Positions 16,926 through 26,138 of a stretch of 32,000 bases of DNA are shown piece after piece. The notes under the pieces are model-generated. The model saw only the letters and a list, made by a program, of their open reading frames with translations, was not told the origin of the DNA and made no database searches. Source of the stretch: Candidatus Electronema aureum (GTDB lineage Bacteria; Desulfobacterota; Desulfobulbia; Desulfobulbales; Desulfobulbaceae); the NCBI GenBank assembly GCA_004284765.1, contig NQJD01000020.1, positions 14,014-46,013 on the forward strand, given 5' to 3'. The position numbers and the translations under genes were made by a program. Each line of letters starts with the position of its first letter. Position 1 is the stretch's first letter.

Positions 16926-17993
16926 ATGGCACAGATTGATTCATATTTCAACCAGATGAAAGAACGCGGGGCCAGCGACCTGCACATGGTTATCGGCTTC
17001 CCGCCAATGCTGCGCTTGCGGGGCGAGCTGGTGCCGTTAGACGAACCAGTACTCACCCCGGAAAGCAACAAGCGTATTCTCTTTGAAATCCTTGATCAGG
17101 ATCAGCAGGCGATTATTGACAAAAACCGGGATTTCGACAAGGCGTATGCGCTGGAAGGCGTGGGTCGTTTCCGTTGCAACTTCTTCTATCAGCAGCGAGG
17201 TCTCGGCGCGGTCTTCCGCATCATTCCGACCAAGATTTTGACCCTTGACCAGTTAGGAATGCCGGACGTGGTGAAGGGCATTGCCGACTACGTGCGCGGC
17301 ATGGTTTTAGTCACCGGGCCAACTGGCAGCGGTAAATCAACCACGATGGCGGCGATCATCGACCTGATTAACGACAAGCATCCCAAGCACATCATCACTA
17401 TTGAAGACCCGCTGGAGTTTGTTCATCCTAACAAGCAGTGCGTCTTTTCTCAGCGAGAAATCGGTAGTCATGCCAAGAGCTTTGCCCAAGCCCTGAAGGT
17501 TGCCAACCGCGAGAATCCTGATGTCATTCTCGTCGGTGAAATGCGCGATCTGGAAACCATCTCGGCGGCCCTGACCTGCGCCGAACTGGGCATTCTGATC
17601 TTCGGCACGCTGCACACCAACAGCGCGGCCAAGACCATCGACCGGATCATTAATGCTTTCCCGGCTGAGGAGCAGGCCCAAACCCGCACCATGCTGGCGG
17701 ATTCACTCAAGGGCGTTATCGCCCAGCAGCTGCTCAAGACCAAAGACGGCAAAGGTCGCTGCGCTGCGGTTGAAATCCTGATCGGCTCGAACGCATTGGC
17801 CAGCATCATCCGCGAAGGCAAAATTAACCAGATTGAGTCGATGATTCAGACTGGCACCTCGCAAGGTATGCAGACAATGGATCAGTGCTTGCAGCGGCTG
17901 ATTGACGAGGGCAAGATAACGGTTGAGGCAGCACGAGAGAAAGCGATCAACAAAGGCTTGTTCCCGCTGCCGGATGACGCAATGGGAGGGTGA
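16926..17993 (+). CDS. pilT: type IV pilus twitching motility ATPase PilT
   Basis: It has GASDLHM, Walker A GPTGSGKST, TIEDPLEF, VILVGEMRD, GILIFGTLHTNSA and LASIIREGK. Confidence 0.9.
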   Translation: MAQIDSYFNQMKERGASDLHMVIGFPPMLRLRGELVPLDEPVLTPESNKRILFEILDQDQQAIIDKNRDFDKAYALEGVGRFRCNFFYQQRGLGAVFRIIPTKILTLDQLGMPDVVKGIADYVRGMVLVTGPTGSGKSTTMAAIIDLINDKHPKHIITIEDPLEFVHPNKQCVFSQREIGSHAKSFAQALKVANRENPDVILVGEMRDLETISAALTCAELGILIFGTLHTNSAAKTIDRIINAFPAEEQAQTRTMLADSLKGVIAQQLLKTKDGKGRCAAVEILIGSNALASIIREGKINQIESMIQTGTSQGMQTMDQCLQRLIDEGKITVEAAREKAINKGLFPLPDDAMGG

Positions 17994-18230
17994 TGGATGC
18001 TGCACAGGTCTATTCGTTGATAATAGTGAACCGTGAGTTGTGAAGCGGACGGCACCTAAAAAATTACATTCAATTTACCGTTAATTTCCGGCGGAAAAAC
18101 AAATCATATCGAAAAGATTAATTAACCACTACAACGATTGTATTTTATTGATCACTCACGGTTAAATGCGGGCGAATGACTTATGCGAGAGATATGTTGT
18201 TTTTCAAGTGTCGTCCGCTTGCTTTGTCAC

Positions 18231-19637
18231 TCATGGTTCAAATGCCTCGCAGCTCCGTTCAATTAAACAGGCAGTGCGAAATTCCGCAGGCGCAATCGCT
18301 TGTTCCGCCGCTTCAACCACTTGCCCGGCTAATTTACCGCCTACAGAATTTTTTTCTGAACCCTGACCAAAAACTAACTGCACCACGTGGGCGGCACAGA
18401 GCTGCTCCGCAGGTCGAGATGGAATGAAGGCGGTGGTGCCGTTTTGCTCGGTCTCATGCAGCAATCCGCCGGTGATGAGCATATCTACGGTTTGGCCCAA
18501 ATCAGCCTCATTCCTGACTGCGCAGCTTTCGGCCAATTCCTCCTCCTCAGTGGCTTGGGCACGGGCAAAATTGCCATAAACCGTGAGCAGGACATCAAAC
18601 GCCTGTTGAAGCCGCTGCCGAGCTGTACTGTCCGCGCCGGGCAGTCGGTAATGGTTGCGATTTTGAATCGCGTAAGCCAGCACTGCGCCGAGCAAAATAA
18701 ACATCCAGCCAAGCTGCATCCAGACCAGAAAGAGCGGCACAGTGGCAAAGGAACCGTAAATGGCGTTGTAATTGGCCACACCGACCTGGAGGGCCACATA
18801 ACCTCTCTGAACAATAAACCAAAATACTGCCCCAAACAGTGCCCCGCAGAGCGCCGCTCCGGTTTTGACTTTGACGCTGGGGAAAAAAAGATACATCATC
18901 ATCAAGGACAAGGTGATGAAAATAAAGGGCAACAGCTTGAGTAGCAAGCCTACCGTCCACGCCGAAGGAATGACTGCATTGATATGCTCCATAATCTTTT
19001 GCGATTGCAGCACTGCGTCACCAGCCAAGGCGATATTGACCGAGATCGGCAAGAGAACGAGTAAGGCTAAGTAATCCATGATTTTACGAAAAAGCGGGCG
19101 GCCTCGTCGGGTATGCCAGATCGCATTCATGGCATCTTCCACCGAACTAAGAACGGTGATCACCACAATCAACAGACCCGCAATACCAAAAGCACCGAGC
19201 GCGGCAAAATTAGTGTTCTCTACATAATCGAAGACCGTATCAACCGCATTGTGCAGATGGCGGTTGAGCGAAGGCAGCTCTGGTTCCGCCGGTTCATCCG
19301 CAGATGCGGCTTGCTCAACAGCTGCTTTCACTCTAGATTCTGGATCAAGCTGATCAATCAGCCGGTAGGCCGCGATCCGCATCTGATTGCCGTTGCCCAG
19401 CCCCTTGAGGATGGCCGTACTCATCGCCAGCAGCGGCACCATCGACAGCACCACAGAAAAAGTCAGGGCTGAGGCACGTAAAGAAATATTGCTATCGGTG
19501 AATTCCTGCCACATGATCAGCAGGATACGGAGCAAGGTGCGAAGCAGGGCCACAGGACGATTTTCGCCCGGTCGACAGGCAAAAGCCCAGTAAGTCAGAC
19601 GGCCCGGTTTACTAAGCTGAGGTGCAGAAACAGTCAT
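18231..19637 (-). CDS. YihY/BrkB family membrane protein with a C-terminal soluble extension of about 130 aa
   Basis: ISLRASALTFSVVLSMVPLLAM and the multiple transmembrane segments are typical of the YihY (formerly 'RNase BN') family. The C-terminal third is hydrophilic. Confidence 0.7.
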   Translation of the reverse strand: MTVSAPQLSKPGRLTYWAFACRPGENRPVALLRTLLRILLIMWQEFTDSNISLRASALTFSVVLSMVPLLAMSTAILKGLGNGNQMRIAAYRLIDQLDPESRVKAAVEQAASADEPAEPELPSLNRHLHNAVDTVFDYVENTNFAALGAFGIAGLLIVVITVLSSVEDAMNAIWHTRRGRPLFRKIMDYLALLVLLPISVNIALAGDAVLQSQKIMEHINAVIPSAWTVGLLLKLLPFIFITLSLMMMYLFFPSVKVKTGAALCGALFGAVFWFIVQRGYVALQVGVANYNAIYGSFATVPLFLVWMQLGWMFILLGAVLAYAIQNRNHYRLPGADSTARQRLQQAFDVLLTVYGNFARAQATEEEELAESCAVRNEADLGQTVDMLITGGLLHETEQNGTTAFIPSRPAEQLCAAHVVQLVFGQGSEKNSVGGKLAGQVVEAAEQAIAPAEFRTACLIERSCEAFEP

Positions 19638-19651
19638 TGCGGCAGAACAAT

Positions 19652-20014
19652 TTAGGCAAGTAGCTCTTTTTTACGCACTGCCTCAGCTTTAATCCGATCA
19701 AGTAGCTCGGCCAGCACCGGCTTAACATGCTCGCGCAGGTCTCCGGCTACGATGATAAAAAGTAGGTCATCACCGGGCTGAAAACTGCCAGAAGCGGCTT
19801 CGATGATGATTTCATAAATACCTGGCCAGATAAGGTATTCCAGCCGTAACCGCTCGATTTGTTCTTGATCGATTTCGGTTTCCAAGCCGCTGACCTCTGC
19901 GCCGTCTTTGCGCGACCAGTTCCGCACAACACCGTTGTGAATGAGGATCATGCCGACTTTTTCGGTGAAGTCAGGCCGGTTTTTCAGTTCCGCGATGGTT
20001 TTCGAGATGTCCAT
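19652..20014 (-). CDS. MoaE-like (molybdopterin synthase large subunit fold) protein, 120 aa
   Basis: The pattern GMILIHNGVVRNWSR...PGDDLLFIIVAGDLREHVKPVLAELLDRIKAEAVRKKE parallels MoaE (GAVVTFTGKVRN...PGDEIVFV...HR...LK...WKKE). The assignment is by eye only. Confidence 0.45.
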   Translation of the reverse strand: MDISKTIAELKNRPDFTEKVGMILIHNGVVRNWSRKDGAEVSGLETEIDQEQIERLRLEYLIWPGIYEIIIEAASGSFQPGDDLLFIIVAGDLREHVKPVLAELLDRIKAEAVRKKELLA

Positions 20015-20019
20015 GCTGT

Positions 20020-21444
20020 TTACCGTTTGCGTTTTGTTGTTTTCTTTTGCACAGCTTTGGTCTTGGCAGTGCGCCGGAGAGCTACTGTATTGTCTGATCG
20101 TTTATTTTTTATTATATTTGATTTACTTGATTTTTTTGTAGGAATACGAAAGCTACGGACAGCAGAGGTCTTGTTTGGTTTGACTCTGTAGCTCCGCTGT
20201 ACCTGCGGTTTTGGTCTTACTGGCACGAAATCAGGTAGTTGACTGTTGTAAAGCAGGGTCCCCGGCATGGTGCGAATGCGTTCACGGATAAAGTGGGTGG
20301 CAGGCAGATGAATAATCACCTCACTGGGAATATACTTTTTCCCCTCCAATAGAGGTTGCAGCAGCGCGGGATTCAAACGATTGAATTCCGTCTCGGAAAC
20401 ACCAAAATACTGGCGCAATTCTGGGGCTGAGGCATAACCTTTCAGTCGCAACGACGCAGTGATTAAAGGCCGCTCACGAAGTAAATTCTGGTCGTTTTCC
20501 AAACGTCGAGCGACACGCAGTGCGGCAATAAATTCCGAATAAAAATTCTTGGAGGCAAAGCCAAAGGCACTGCCGGAATGATTAGCAAAGATGGCCGGAT
20601 AACTGCCCCACTGCTTCTTGGCGCGCAGCATCCCCCCTCGACCGTGGTTATAGGCAGTGAGTGCGAGCGGCCAAGAGCCAAGTTGCCGATAGTTTTCCTT
20701 GAGAAAACGCGCGGCGGCATCGGTGGCGATGTAAAGATCGAAACGCTCATCAACCAGCTCGTTGACGCGCATGAACTCTTTGCCGGTGTAGCGGGTAAAT
20801 TGCCACAATCCAACCGCAGCAGCCTTAGAATGCGCCCCCGGATTGAAGGAGGATTCAACATGGGGCAGATAGGCCAGCTCCAGCGGCAGATCATGCATCC
20901 GCATGATCCGCTTGATCGCAGGCATGTAGGCACCAGAACGCACCACCCCTTCTTGAAAACGATTTTTCAGGCCAGTCTGCACTCGCATATTTTCCGCAGC
21001 AACAGCAAAGGCTACAGGAGTTTTCTGTTTGAATAGTGAGTAAATTCTCAATTCTTCAGCGGTTTGCGGCATTCCGCCTTCCGCGAATTTTCGCAAAAGG
21101 CCACCATAACGGAATCGGGCTAACTCGCCAAGTTTTTCATTGATTTTGGCTGCGCCCGGAGTATCCTTGGCTGCCAGATTGATCACGGCGTAAACGAGGC
21201 TGAGGTCACTTTTGTCGTGCAAAACTCCTTGGGATTCGCTGTAAGTTCCGTAGATTTTTTCCCAAAAGTTGACATTGGGTACCATCAGCGCATAGACCGG
21301 AAAATTAAATTCTGTCACAGTCGAGCTGACAGACTGAGGAGCCGGAAGTCTGCTGATGTTGTTCGGCAGCTGAAATTGCGCGGAGGCGGGCGCAGCGGCA
21401 AGGATAAAGTAGGCAAGAACGATTTTTTTGACAACTGACGGCAT
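20020..21444 (-). CDS. MltD-like lytic transglycosylase (SLT domain plus a LysM-like region) with a very basic C-terminal tail
   Basis: It has a signal peptide (MPSVVKKIVLAYFILAAAPASAQ) and an SLT catalytic region (LPHVESSFNPGAHSKAAAVGLWQFTRYTG). The last ~65 aa are about one third K/R. The ORF track frame runs to 21921 but overlaps the divergent NUDIX gene, so I use the ATG at 21442-21444. The start is uncertain. Confidence 0.75.
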   Translation of the reverse strand: MPSVVKKIVLAYFILAAAPASAQFQLPNNISRLPAPQSVSSTVTEFNFPVYALMVPNVNFWEKIYGTYSESQGVLHDKSDLSLVYAVINLAAKDTPGAAKINEKLGELARFRYGGLLRKFAEGGMPQTAEELRIYSLFKQKTPVAFAVAAENMRVQTGLKNRFQEGVVRSGAYMPAIKRIMRMHDLPLELAYLPHVESSFNPGAHSKAAAVGLWQFTRYTGKEFMRVNELVDERFDLYIATDAAARFLKENYRQLGSWPLALTAYNHGRGGMLRAKKQWGSYPAIFANHSGSAFGFASKNFYSEFIAALRVARRLENDQNLLRERPLITASLRLKGYASAPELRQYFGVSETEFNRLNPALLQPLLEGKKYIPSEVIIHLPATHFIRERIRTMPGTLLYNSQLPDFVPVRPKPQVQRSYRVKPNKTSAVRSFRIPTKKSSKSNIIKNKRSDNTVALRRTAKTKAVQKKTTKRKR

Positions 21445-21582
21445 GGGAAACCTAAGCATCTGAGGGAACATTTCGGCTGCCAAGCAGCCTGAACAGTGTT
21501 CGATTGTAGCACACTTTTTGAAAAAAACGGCAAAAAGAGGTCTGTAGCGGATATTTTTGCAGAAAAAATCAACGTAATCAGC

Positions 21583-22065
21583 ATGTACACTCCAATCATC
21601 GGCACTCTTGGTTATGTTCTCTCCCCGGATGCTCAACACGTGCTGCTGTTGCACCGTAATACCCGCCAAGACGACCAGCATCTCGGTAAATACAACGGCT
21701 TCGGCGGTAAGATGCAGGCAAACGAGGATGTGTATTCTTGCATGGTGCGGGAAATTGAGGAAGAAGCGGGTATCATTTGCCGAGAAATGACGCTGCGCGG
21801 TACCGTGAATTGGCCCGGCTTTGGCATAGGCGGGGAAAATTGGCTCGGTTTCATTTTTCTGATCACTGCCTTTGACGGTCTCCCCCAATCCCACTGCCCG
21901 GAAGGGGAAATTGGTTGGCATCCGCTGGCAGAGCTAGACCAGTTGCCGATGTGGGAAGGCGACCGCTATTTTCTCCCCTTAGTTTTTGACGGCGATCAGC
22001 GGCCTTTTCATGGACATCTGCCCTATTGCCAAGGCAGGCCAGTGAGCTGGCAATATTTTCGCTAA
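21583..22065 (+). CDS. NUDIX hydrolase (MutT-like)
   Basis: The Nudix box GGKMQANEDVYSCMVREIEEEAGI matches GX5EX7REUXEEXGU. The start is placed at the ATG at 21583 (MYTPIIGTLGYVL). Confidence 0.85.
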   Translation: MYTPIIGTLGYVLSPDAQHVLLLHRNTRQDDQHLGKYNGFGGKMQANEDVYSCMVREIEEEAGIICREMTLRGTVNWPGFGIGGENWLGFIFLITAFDGLPQSHCPEGEIGWHPLAELDQLPMWEGDRYFLPLVFDGDQRPFHGHLPYCQGRPVSWQYFR

Positions 22066-22180
22066 AACCGCAACAGAAAATTTTTCAATTGCCGCCAAGC
22101 CGCAAAACTGGTATTTACTGCTGATTTGCAGTGAAATTTTTCGAGACTGTCCTGAAGGCGCACGGAGGAGCGCATTCATT

Positions 22181-22438
22181 ATGAAGAATAACGATGAGAT
22201 TGTCCGGCTTGAACAGTTAGTTGAGAGTTTGATCAGCCGATACAAGGAGCAAAAGGAAAAAATCCAGACCTTGGAAAAAAAACTCCGCGACCGCGAGGAA
22301 GAGTGCGAGCTGCTCAAGTTAGAGAATGCTGACATGCAGAAGCAGCGGACAGAAATTAGTGCCCGGCTGTCTGGGCTACTGGGCCGCATTGAAGGCTGGG
22401 AGTCTGAATTGGGCAAAAAAGGAGATAAAGGCAATTGA
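22181..22438 (+). CDS. small coiled-coil protein, ZapB-like
   Basis: An 85-aa heptad-rich protein (LEQLVESLISRYKEQKEKIQTLEKKLRDREEECELLKLENADMQKQ) directly upstream of zapA. A GGAGGAG RBS is present. Confidence 0.45.
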   Translation: MKNNDEIVRLEQLVESLISRYKEQKEKIQTLEKKLRDREEECELLKLENADMQKQRTEISARLSGLLGRIEGWESELGKKGDKGN

Positions 22439-22495
22439 TACCATTGAGCAGAATGATGTCTGCGTCAATTTTTTCGCGCCGGAGCTGACAGAAGC

Positions 22496-22807
22496 ATGGA
22501 CGAACGCCGGATCAGCGTTGCCCTGTTCGGGCAGGAATTTTCTTTTTATACCGATGCGCCGGACGAGGAAGTGCAGCAAGCGGTCACGCTGCTGCGCGAA
22601 GAGCTGGAGCTAACCGGTCTGAGCCTGAACGGCAATGCGGTTCCCTCAAGTACGATGTTAGTGCTGGGCTGCTTGCGCTTGGTTGCGCGCTGCGTGAGCC
22701 AAGAAAATGCCTTCAGCAGATTTCAGGCAGAGCGAAAATTGGACATAGAGCGGAAGCACTTGATTTCAGGTCTGACTGATAAGGTTGTGGCGGTGTTGCA
22801 GGGGTGA
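22496..22807 (+). CDS. zapA: cell division protein ZapA
   Basis: The N-terminus (ISVALFGQEFSFYTDAPDEEVQQAVTLLREEL) and the 103-aa length fit ZapA. The assignment is by pattern only. Confidence 0.6.
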   Translation: MDERRISVALFGQEFSFYTDAPDEEVQQAVTLLREELELTGLSLNGNAVPSSTMLVLGCLRLVARCVSQENAFSRFQAERKLDIERKHLISGLTDKVVAVLQG

Positions 22808-22808
22808 G

Positions 22809-22847
22809 CGGAAAAAATAGGTTTTGCTTTTTCCGGTTTTTTATTTT
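22809..22847 (+). terminator. rho-independent terminator after zapA
   Basis: CGGAAAAA-(11 nt)-TTTTTCCG followed by GTTTTTTATTTT. Confidence 0.6.
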
Positions 22848-22858
22848 ATAGAATAGAA

Positions 22859-23037
22859 AGCAAGTTTCCCTGCGCTGTTTGTGATCGACAGAGTATTGAG
22901 CCAACTCTCTTTGATAGGGCAGCTCCTATTCTGCTGGACTATGGAAAACTTTATTGATTTCCAGACGACAGCATGGCGCGCCCACCTATTTCGATAGGTT
23001 TAATCATTCTGTTGACACGGCAGTGCGGGGATTTTTT
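22859..23037 (+). ncRNA. candidate structured sRNA of about 179 nt, 6S-RNA-like by position and architecture
   Basis: A promoter-like TTGCTT (22824-22829), 17-nt spacer and TATAGA (22847-22852) precede it. Positions 22868-22894 pair with 23006-23030 in 25 bp (19 Watson-Crick, 6 G-U, two 1-nt bulges), enclosing 111 nt. The helix is followed directly by ATTTTTT. The G-U pairs make the helix specific to the plus strand. The interior can form a rod with a large internal loop of about 18 by 16 nt. zapA-ssrS adjacency is known from E. coli. Confidence 0.4.
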
Positions 23038-23271
23038 ACAGCCGAAACGGTGTTGAGTACGTAAGCCTGACAGAATCAGGTCTATCATCAACCCTGTTGT
23101 AAAAATCCCTTCCCTTCTAACCCGATGCGGCAGCGTCCTGCCGTGTTATCCTGCATCTCCGCTTTTCATCGTCCCTTCTGTAGCAGCAGAAATGTATTTC
23201 TTCATTCCATTATCCGCAGTTATTTCCGTAAACGGAGAAGCTGCTGCAATTATATCTTAGGTTATGCAATT

Positions 23272-24831
23272 ATGAACGGGACAACAGCATTACTGTTTGC
23301 CCTGACCTTGGCCGTAGGAGCTGGGGTTGGTTTTTTTCTCCGAAAGAAGTTAATTGAAGGCAATCAGGCGGATATTGAGAAACAGCGTCTGCTGATTATT
23401 GAAAACGCCATTCATGAAGCCGAGCAGATCAAGAAAGAAAAACTGCTCCAAGTGAAAGAAGAAATCTATCAGTCTAAAAACGAGGCTGAACTGGAGATTA
23501 AAAATTCTCGAAAAAATATTGAAAACGAGCAGCGGCGATTAGAGCGAAAATTAGACAAAGTCCATGAGGAGCTGAATGATCTCAAGGACAAGGAAACTGA
23601 TCTCACTTCCCGCGAAAGAAAGTTGACAGCTAAAGAGCAGACTGTTGTTGAGCGGGAAAACGAGGCAAAATTGCTGATTGTCGAGCAGCAGCAGAAATTG
23701 GAAAAGATTGCCGGAGTCAGTTGTGATGAGGCCAAAAGGCTGCTGATAGAGTCAATTGAAAGCGAAGCCCGGATGGATGCTGCTAAACGATTGACAAGGA
23801 TTGAGAATGAAATGAAACTGGAGGCTGATCGCAAGGGGAAAAATATTCTTGCTTTGGCCATTGCCCGTTATGCCGGTGATTATGTTGCGGATAAAACCGT
23901 TTCTATGGTACCTTTGCCTAATGATGAAATGAAAGGGCGAATTATCGGCAGAGAAGGACGCAACATCCGAGCGATTGAGGCAGCGACTGGTATTGATATT
24001 ATCATCGACGACACCCCAGAAGCGGTTATTCTCTCCGGCTTTAACCCGATTCGGCGAGAAATAGCTCGTCAGTCGCTGCTTCAGCTTATTTCTGATGGTA
24101 GAATACATCCGGCCCGGATTGAAGAAGTGGTGGCCAAAGTCACGCACGATTTGGATGTAGAAATTAAAGAGGCCGGTGAAAAAGCCACCTTTGATGTCGG
24201 CGTACACGGGATGCACGTTGATTTAATCAATTTAATCGGGCGGCTGAAGTACCGATCCAGCTACGGCCAGAACATTCTTCAGCATTCCTTGGAAGTGGCC
24301 TTTCTCTGTGGAGTCATGGCGGCAGAGCTGGGCATCGATGTGAAAAAGGCCAAACGAGCCGGGCTGTTGCATGATATCGGTAAAGCGGTGGATCACGAGG
24401 TGGAAGGCTCCCATGCCGTTATCGGTCGTGATTTAGCAAAAAAATACGGCGAGCGTGAAGATATTGTTTACGCCATCGGTGCCCATCATGAGGATCAGCC
24501 GCCGCAGAGCGTGCTGGATGTGCTGGTGCAGTCCGCAGATGCCCTTTCTGGTGCCCGACCTGGCGCACGAAAAGAGATGCTGCAAAGCTATGTTAAACGC
24601 TTAGAAGATTTAGAAAAGATCGCTAACGCTTTTGCGGGTGTGGAGAAATCTTACGCGGTACAGGCCGGACGCGATCTGCGAATTATTGTCAACAGTCAGC
24701 AGGTAGGCGATGACGCAGCAACCCTGATGAGCCGCGACATTGCCAAGGCGATTGAGGAGCAGCTGACCTATCCCGGCCAGATTCGGGTTACGGTGATTCG
24801 GGAAACGAGGGCGGTGGAATATGCAAAATAA
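23272..24831 (+). CDS. rny: ribonuclease Y
   Basis: It has an N-terminal transmembrane helix ([23 protein letters not shown]), a long E/K coiled coil, a KH domain ([15 protein letters not shown]) and an HD domain ([12 protein letters not shown]). At 519 aa from the ATG at 23272, it is a typical length. The longer frame in the ORF track is upstream non-coding sequence. Confidence 0.9.
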   Translation: MNGTTALLFALTLAVGAGVGFFLRKKLIEGNQADIEKQRLLIIENAIHEAEQIKKEKLLQVKEEIYQSKNEAELEIKNSRKNIENEQRRLERKLDKVHEELNDLKDKETDLTSRERKLTAKEQTVVERENEAKLLIVEQQQKLEKIAGVSCDEAKRLLIESIESEARMDAAKRLTRIENEMKLEADRKGKNILALAIARYAGDYVADKTVSMVPLPNDEMKGRIIGREGRNIRAIEAATGIDIIIDDTPEAVILSGFNPIRREIARQSLLQLISDGRIHPARIEEVVAKVTHDLDVEIKEAGEKATFDVGVHGMHVDLINLIGRLKYRSSYGQNILQHSLEVAFLCGVMAAELGIDVKKAKRAGLLHDIGKAVDHEVEGSHAVIGRDLAKKYGEREDIVYAIGAHHEDQPPQSVLDVLVQSADALSGARPGARKEMLQSYVKRLEDLEKIANAFAGVEKSYAVQAGRDLRIIVNSQQVGDDAATLMSRDIAKAIEEQLTYPGQIRVTVIRETRAVEYAK

Positions 24832-26050
24832 CACCATGATGAAACCGGTTGAGGAGCAGATCGCCCTGATTGAGCGCGGCTGCGAGGGGTTAATTTCCAA
24901 GGAGGAGCTGGAGCAGAAGCTCAAGGCTTCGTTGGAAAGCGGCAAGCCGCTAAAAATTAAAGTGGGCTTTGATCCTACTGCGCCTGATCTTCACCTTGGT
25001 CATACCGTGTTGTTGCAAAAGCTGCGTCAATTTCAGCAGCTTGGCCACGAAGTGCATTTTCTCATTGGTGACTTCACAGCCCAAATTGGCGACCCAACTG
25101 GCAAATCTGAAACCCGACCGCCTCTGAGTCGCGAGGATGTGGTTCGCAACGCCGAGACCTACAAAGCTCAGGTTTTCAAGATGCTTGACCCTGCCAAGAC
25201 CAAAGTGGTTTTTAATTCGGCTTGGTTGGGCCAGCTTTCTGCCTACGACATGATTCGGTTAGCCTCAGAGTTGACCGTAGCTCGAATGCTGGAGCGCGAT
25301 GATTTCAAAAAACGGTTCACCAGCAATCGACCTATTTTTATTCATGAATTCTTCTACCCCCTCTTTCAGGGCTATGACTCGGTGGCTCTGGAAGCCGATG
25401 TGGAATTAGGTGGCACCGATCAGCTTTTCAACCTACTCATGGGCCGGGAAATGCAACGTTATCGGGGAATGCAGCCCCAAGTTGTGCTGACCACTCCGCT
25501 GTTGGAAGGTTTGGACGGGGTGAATAAAATGAGCAAGTCGTTGGGTAATTATATCGGTATCTCCGAGCCACCGAACGAAATTTTTGGCAAGGTGCTGTCG
25601 ATCAGTGACCCGCTGATGTTTCGCTACTATGAACTGCTCAGTGATCTATCTTTAGCAGAAATCGCTGTCTTAAAACAGGATGTTGAAGAAGGCAGAGCGC
25701 ATCCCAAGGCGGTCAAGGTACGGTTAGCCAAAGAATTAGTAGCTCGATTTCATGATCAAGACGCGGCGGAAGCAGCGGAAAAGCATTTTGAGCAGGTTTT
25801 CAAGCAACGAGAGTTACCCGATGATATCCCGGAAAAAATCTTGGTCGCTGGTGGCTCAATTCTGTTAGCCAAGCTGCTCTTAGAGGCCGAGCTGGTTTCC
25901 TCTGCCTCTGATGGCCGTAGAATGATTACGCAAAACGCCGTGACCGTCAATGGGGAAAAGGCAGTAGATGCCAACGCGGAACTCCTTGCTCACGGCGAAA
26001 TGCTGCTAAAAGTGGGGAAACGACGTTTCTGCAAGGTGATTTTTGTCTGA
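24821..26050 (+). CDS. tyrS: tyrosine--tRNA ligase (type 2, with a C-terminal S4-like domain)
   Basis: It has a HIGH-type motif (PDLHLGHTV) and a KMSKS motif (NKMSKSLGN). The ATG at 24821 overlaps the rny stop. An alternative start lies at 24836. Confidence 0.9.
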   Translation: MQNNTMMKPVEEQIALIERGCEGLISKEELEQKLKASLESGKPLKIKVGFDPTAPDLHLGHTVLLQKLRQFQQLGHEVHFLIGDFTAQIGDPTGKSETRPPLSREDVVRNAETYKAQVFKMLDPAKTKVVFNSAWLGQLSAYDMIRLASELTVARMLERDDFKKRFTSNRPIFIHEFFYPLFQGYDSVALEADVELGGTDQLFNLLMGREMQRYRGMQPQVVLTTPLLEGLDGVNKMSKSLGNYIGISEPPNEIFGKVLSISDPLMFRYYELLSDLSLAEIAVLKQDVEEGRAHPKAVKVRLAKELVARFHDQDAAEAAEKHFEQVFKQRELPDDIPEKILVAGGSILLAKLLLEAELVSSASDGRRMITQNAVTVNGEKAVDANAELLAHGEMLLKVGKRRFCKVIFV

Positions 26051-26138
26051 TCGTGCTTCTTCTTTGGGTCGGAACACGGTATAATAACGCGAGTTAATTT
26101 GTCACTGCTGTTCCTTCTATTTTCAAGGAGCGGAAATT

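Noticed and set aside
20020-21921. N-terminally extended frames in the ORF track: 633 aa for the transglycosylase, and likewise 2074-3117, 23125-24831, 15745-16881, 29501-30043 and 6786-8375.
   Set aside because: The extensions overlap divergent genes or repeat or structured non-coding sequence. They precede internal ATG codons that yield canonical N-termini (signal peptide, transmembrane helix or a conserved family start). I used the shorter models.
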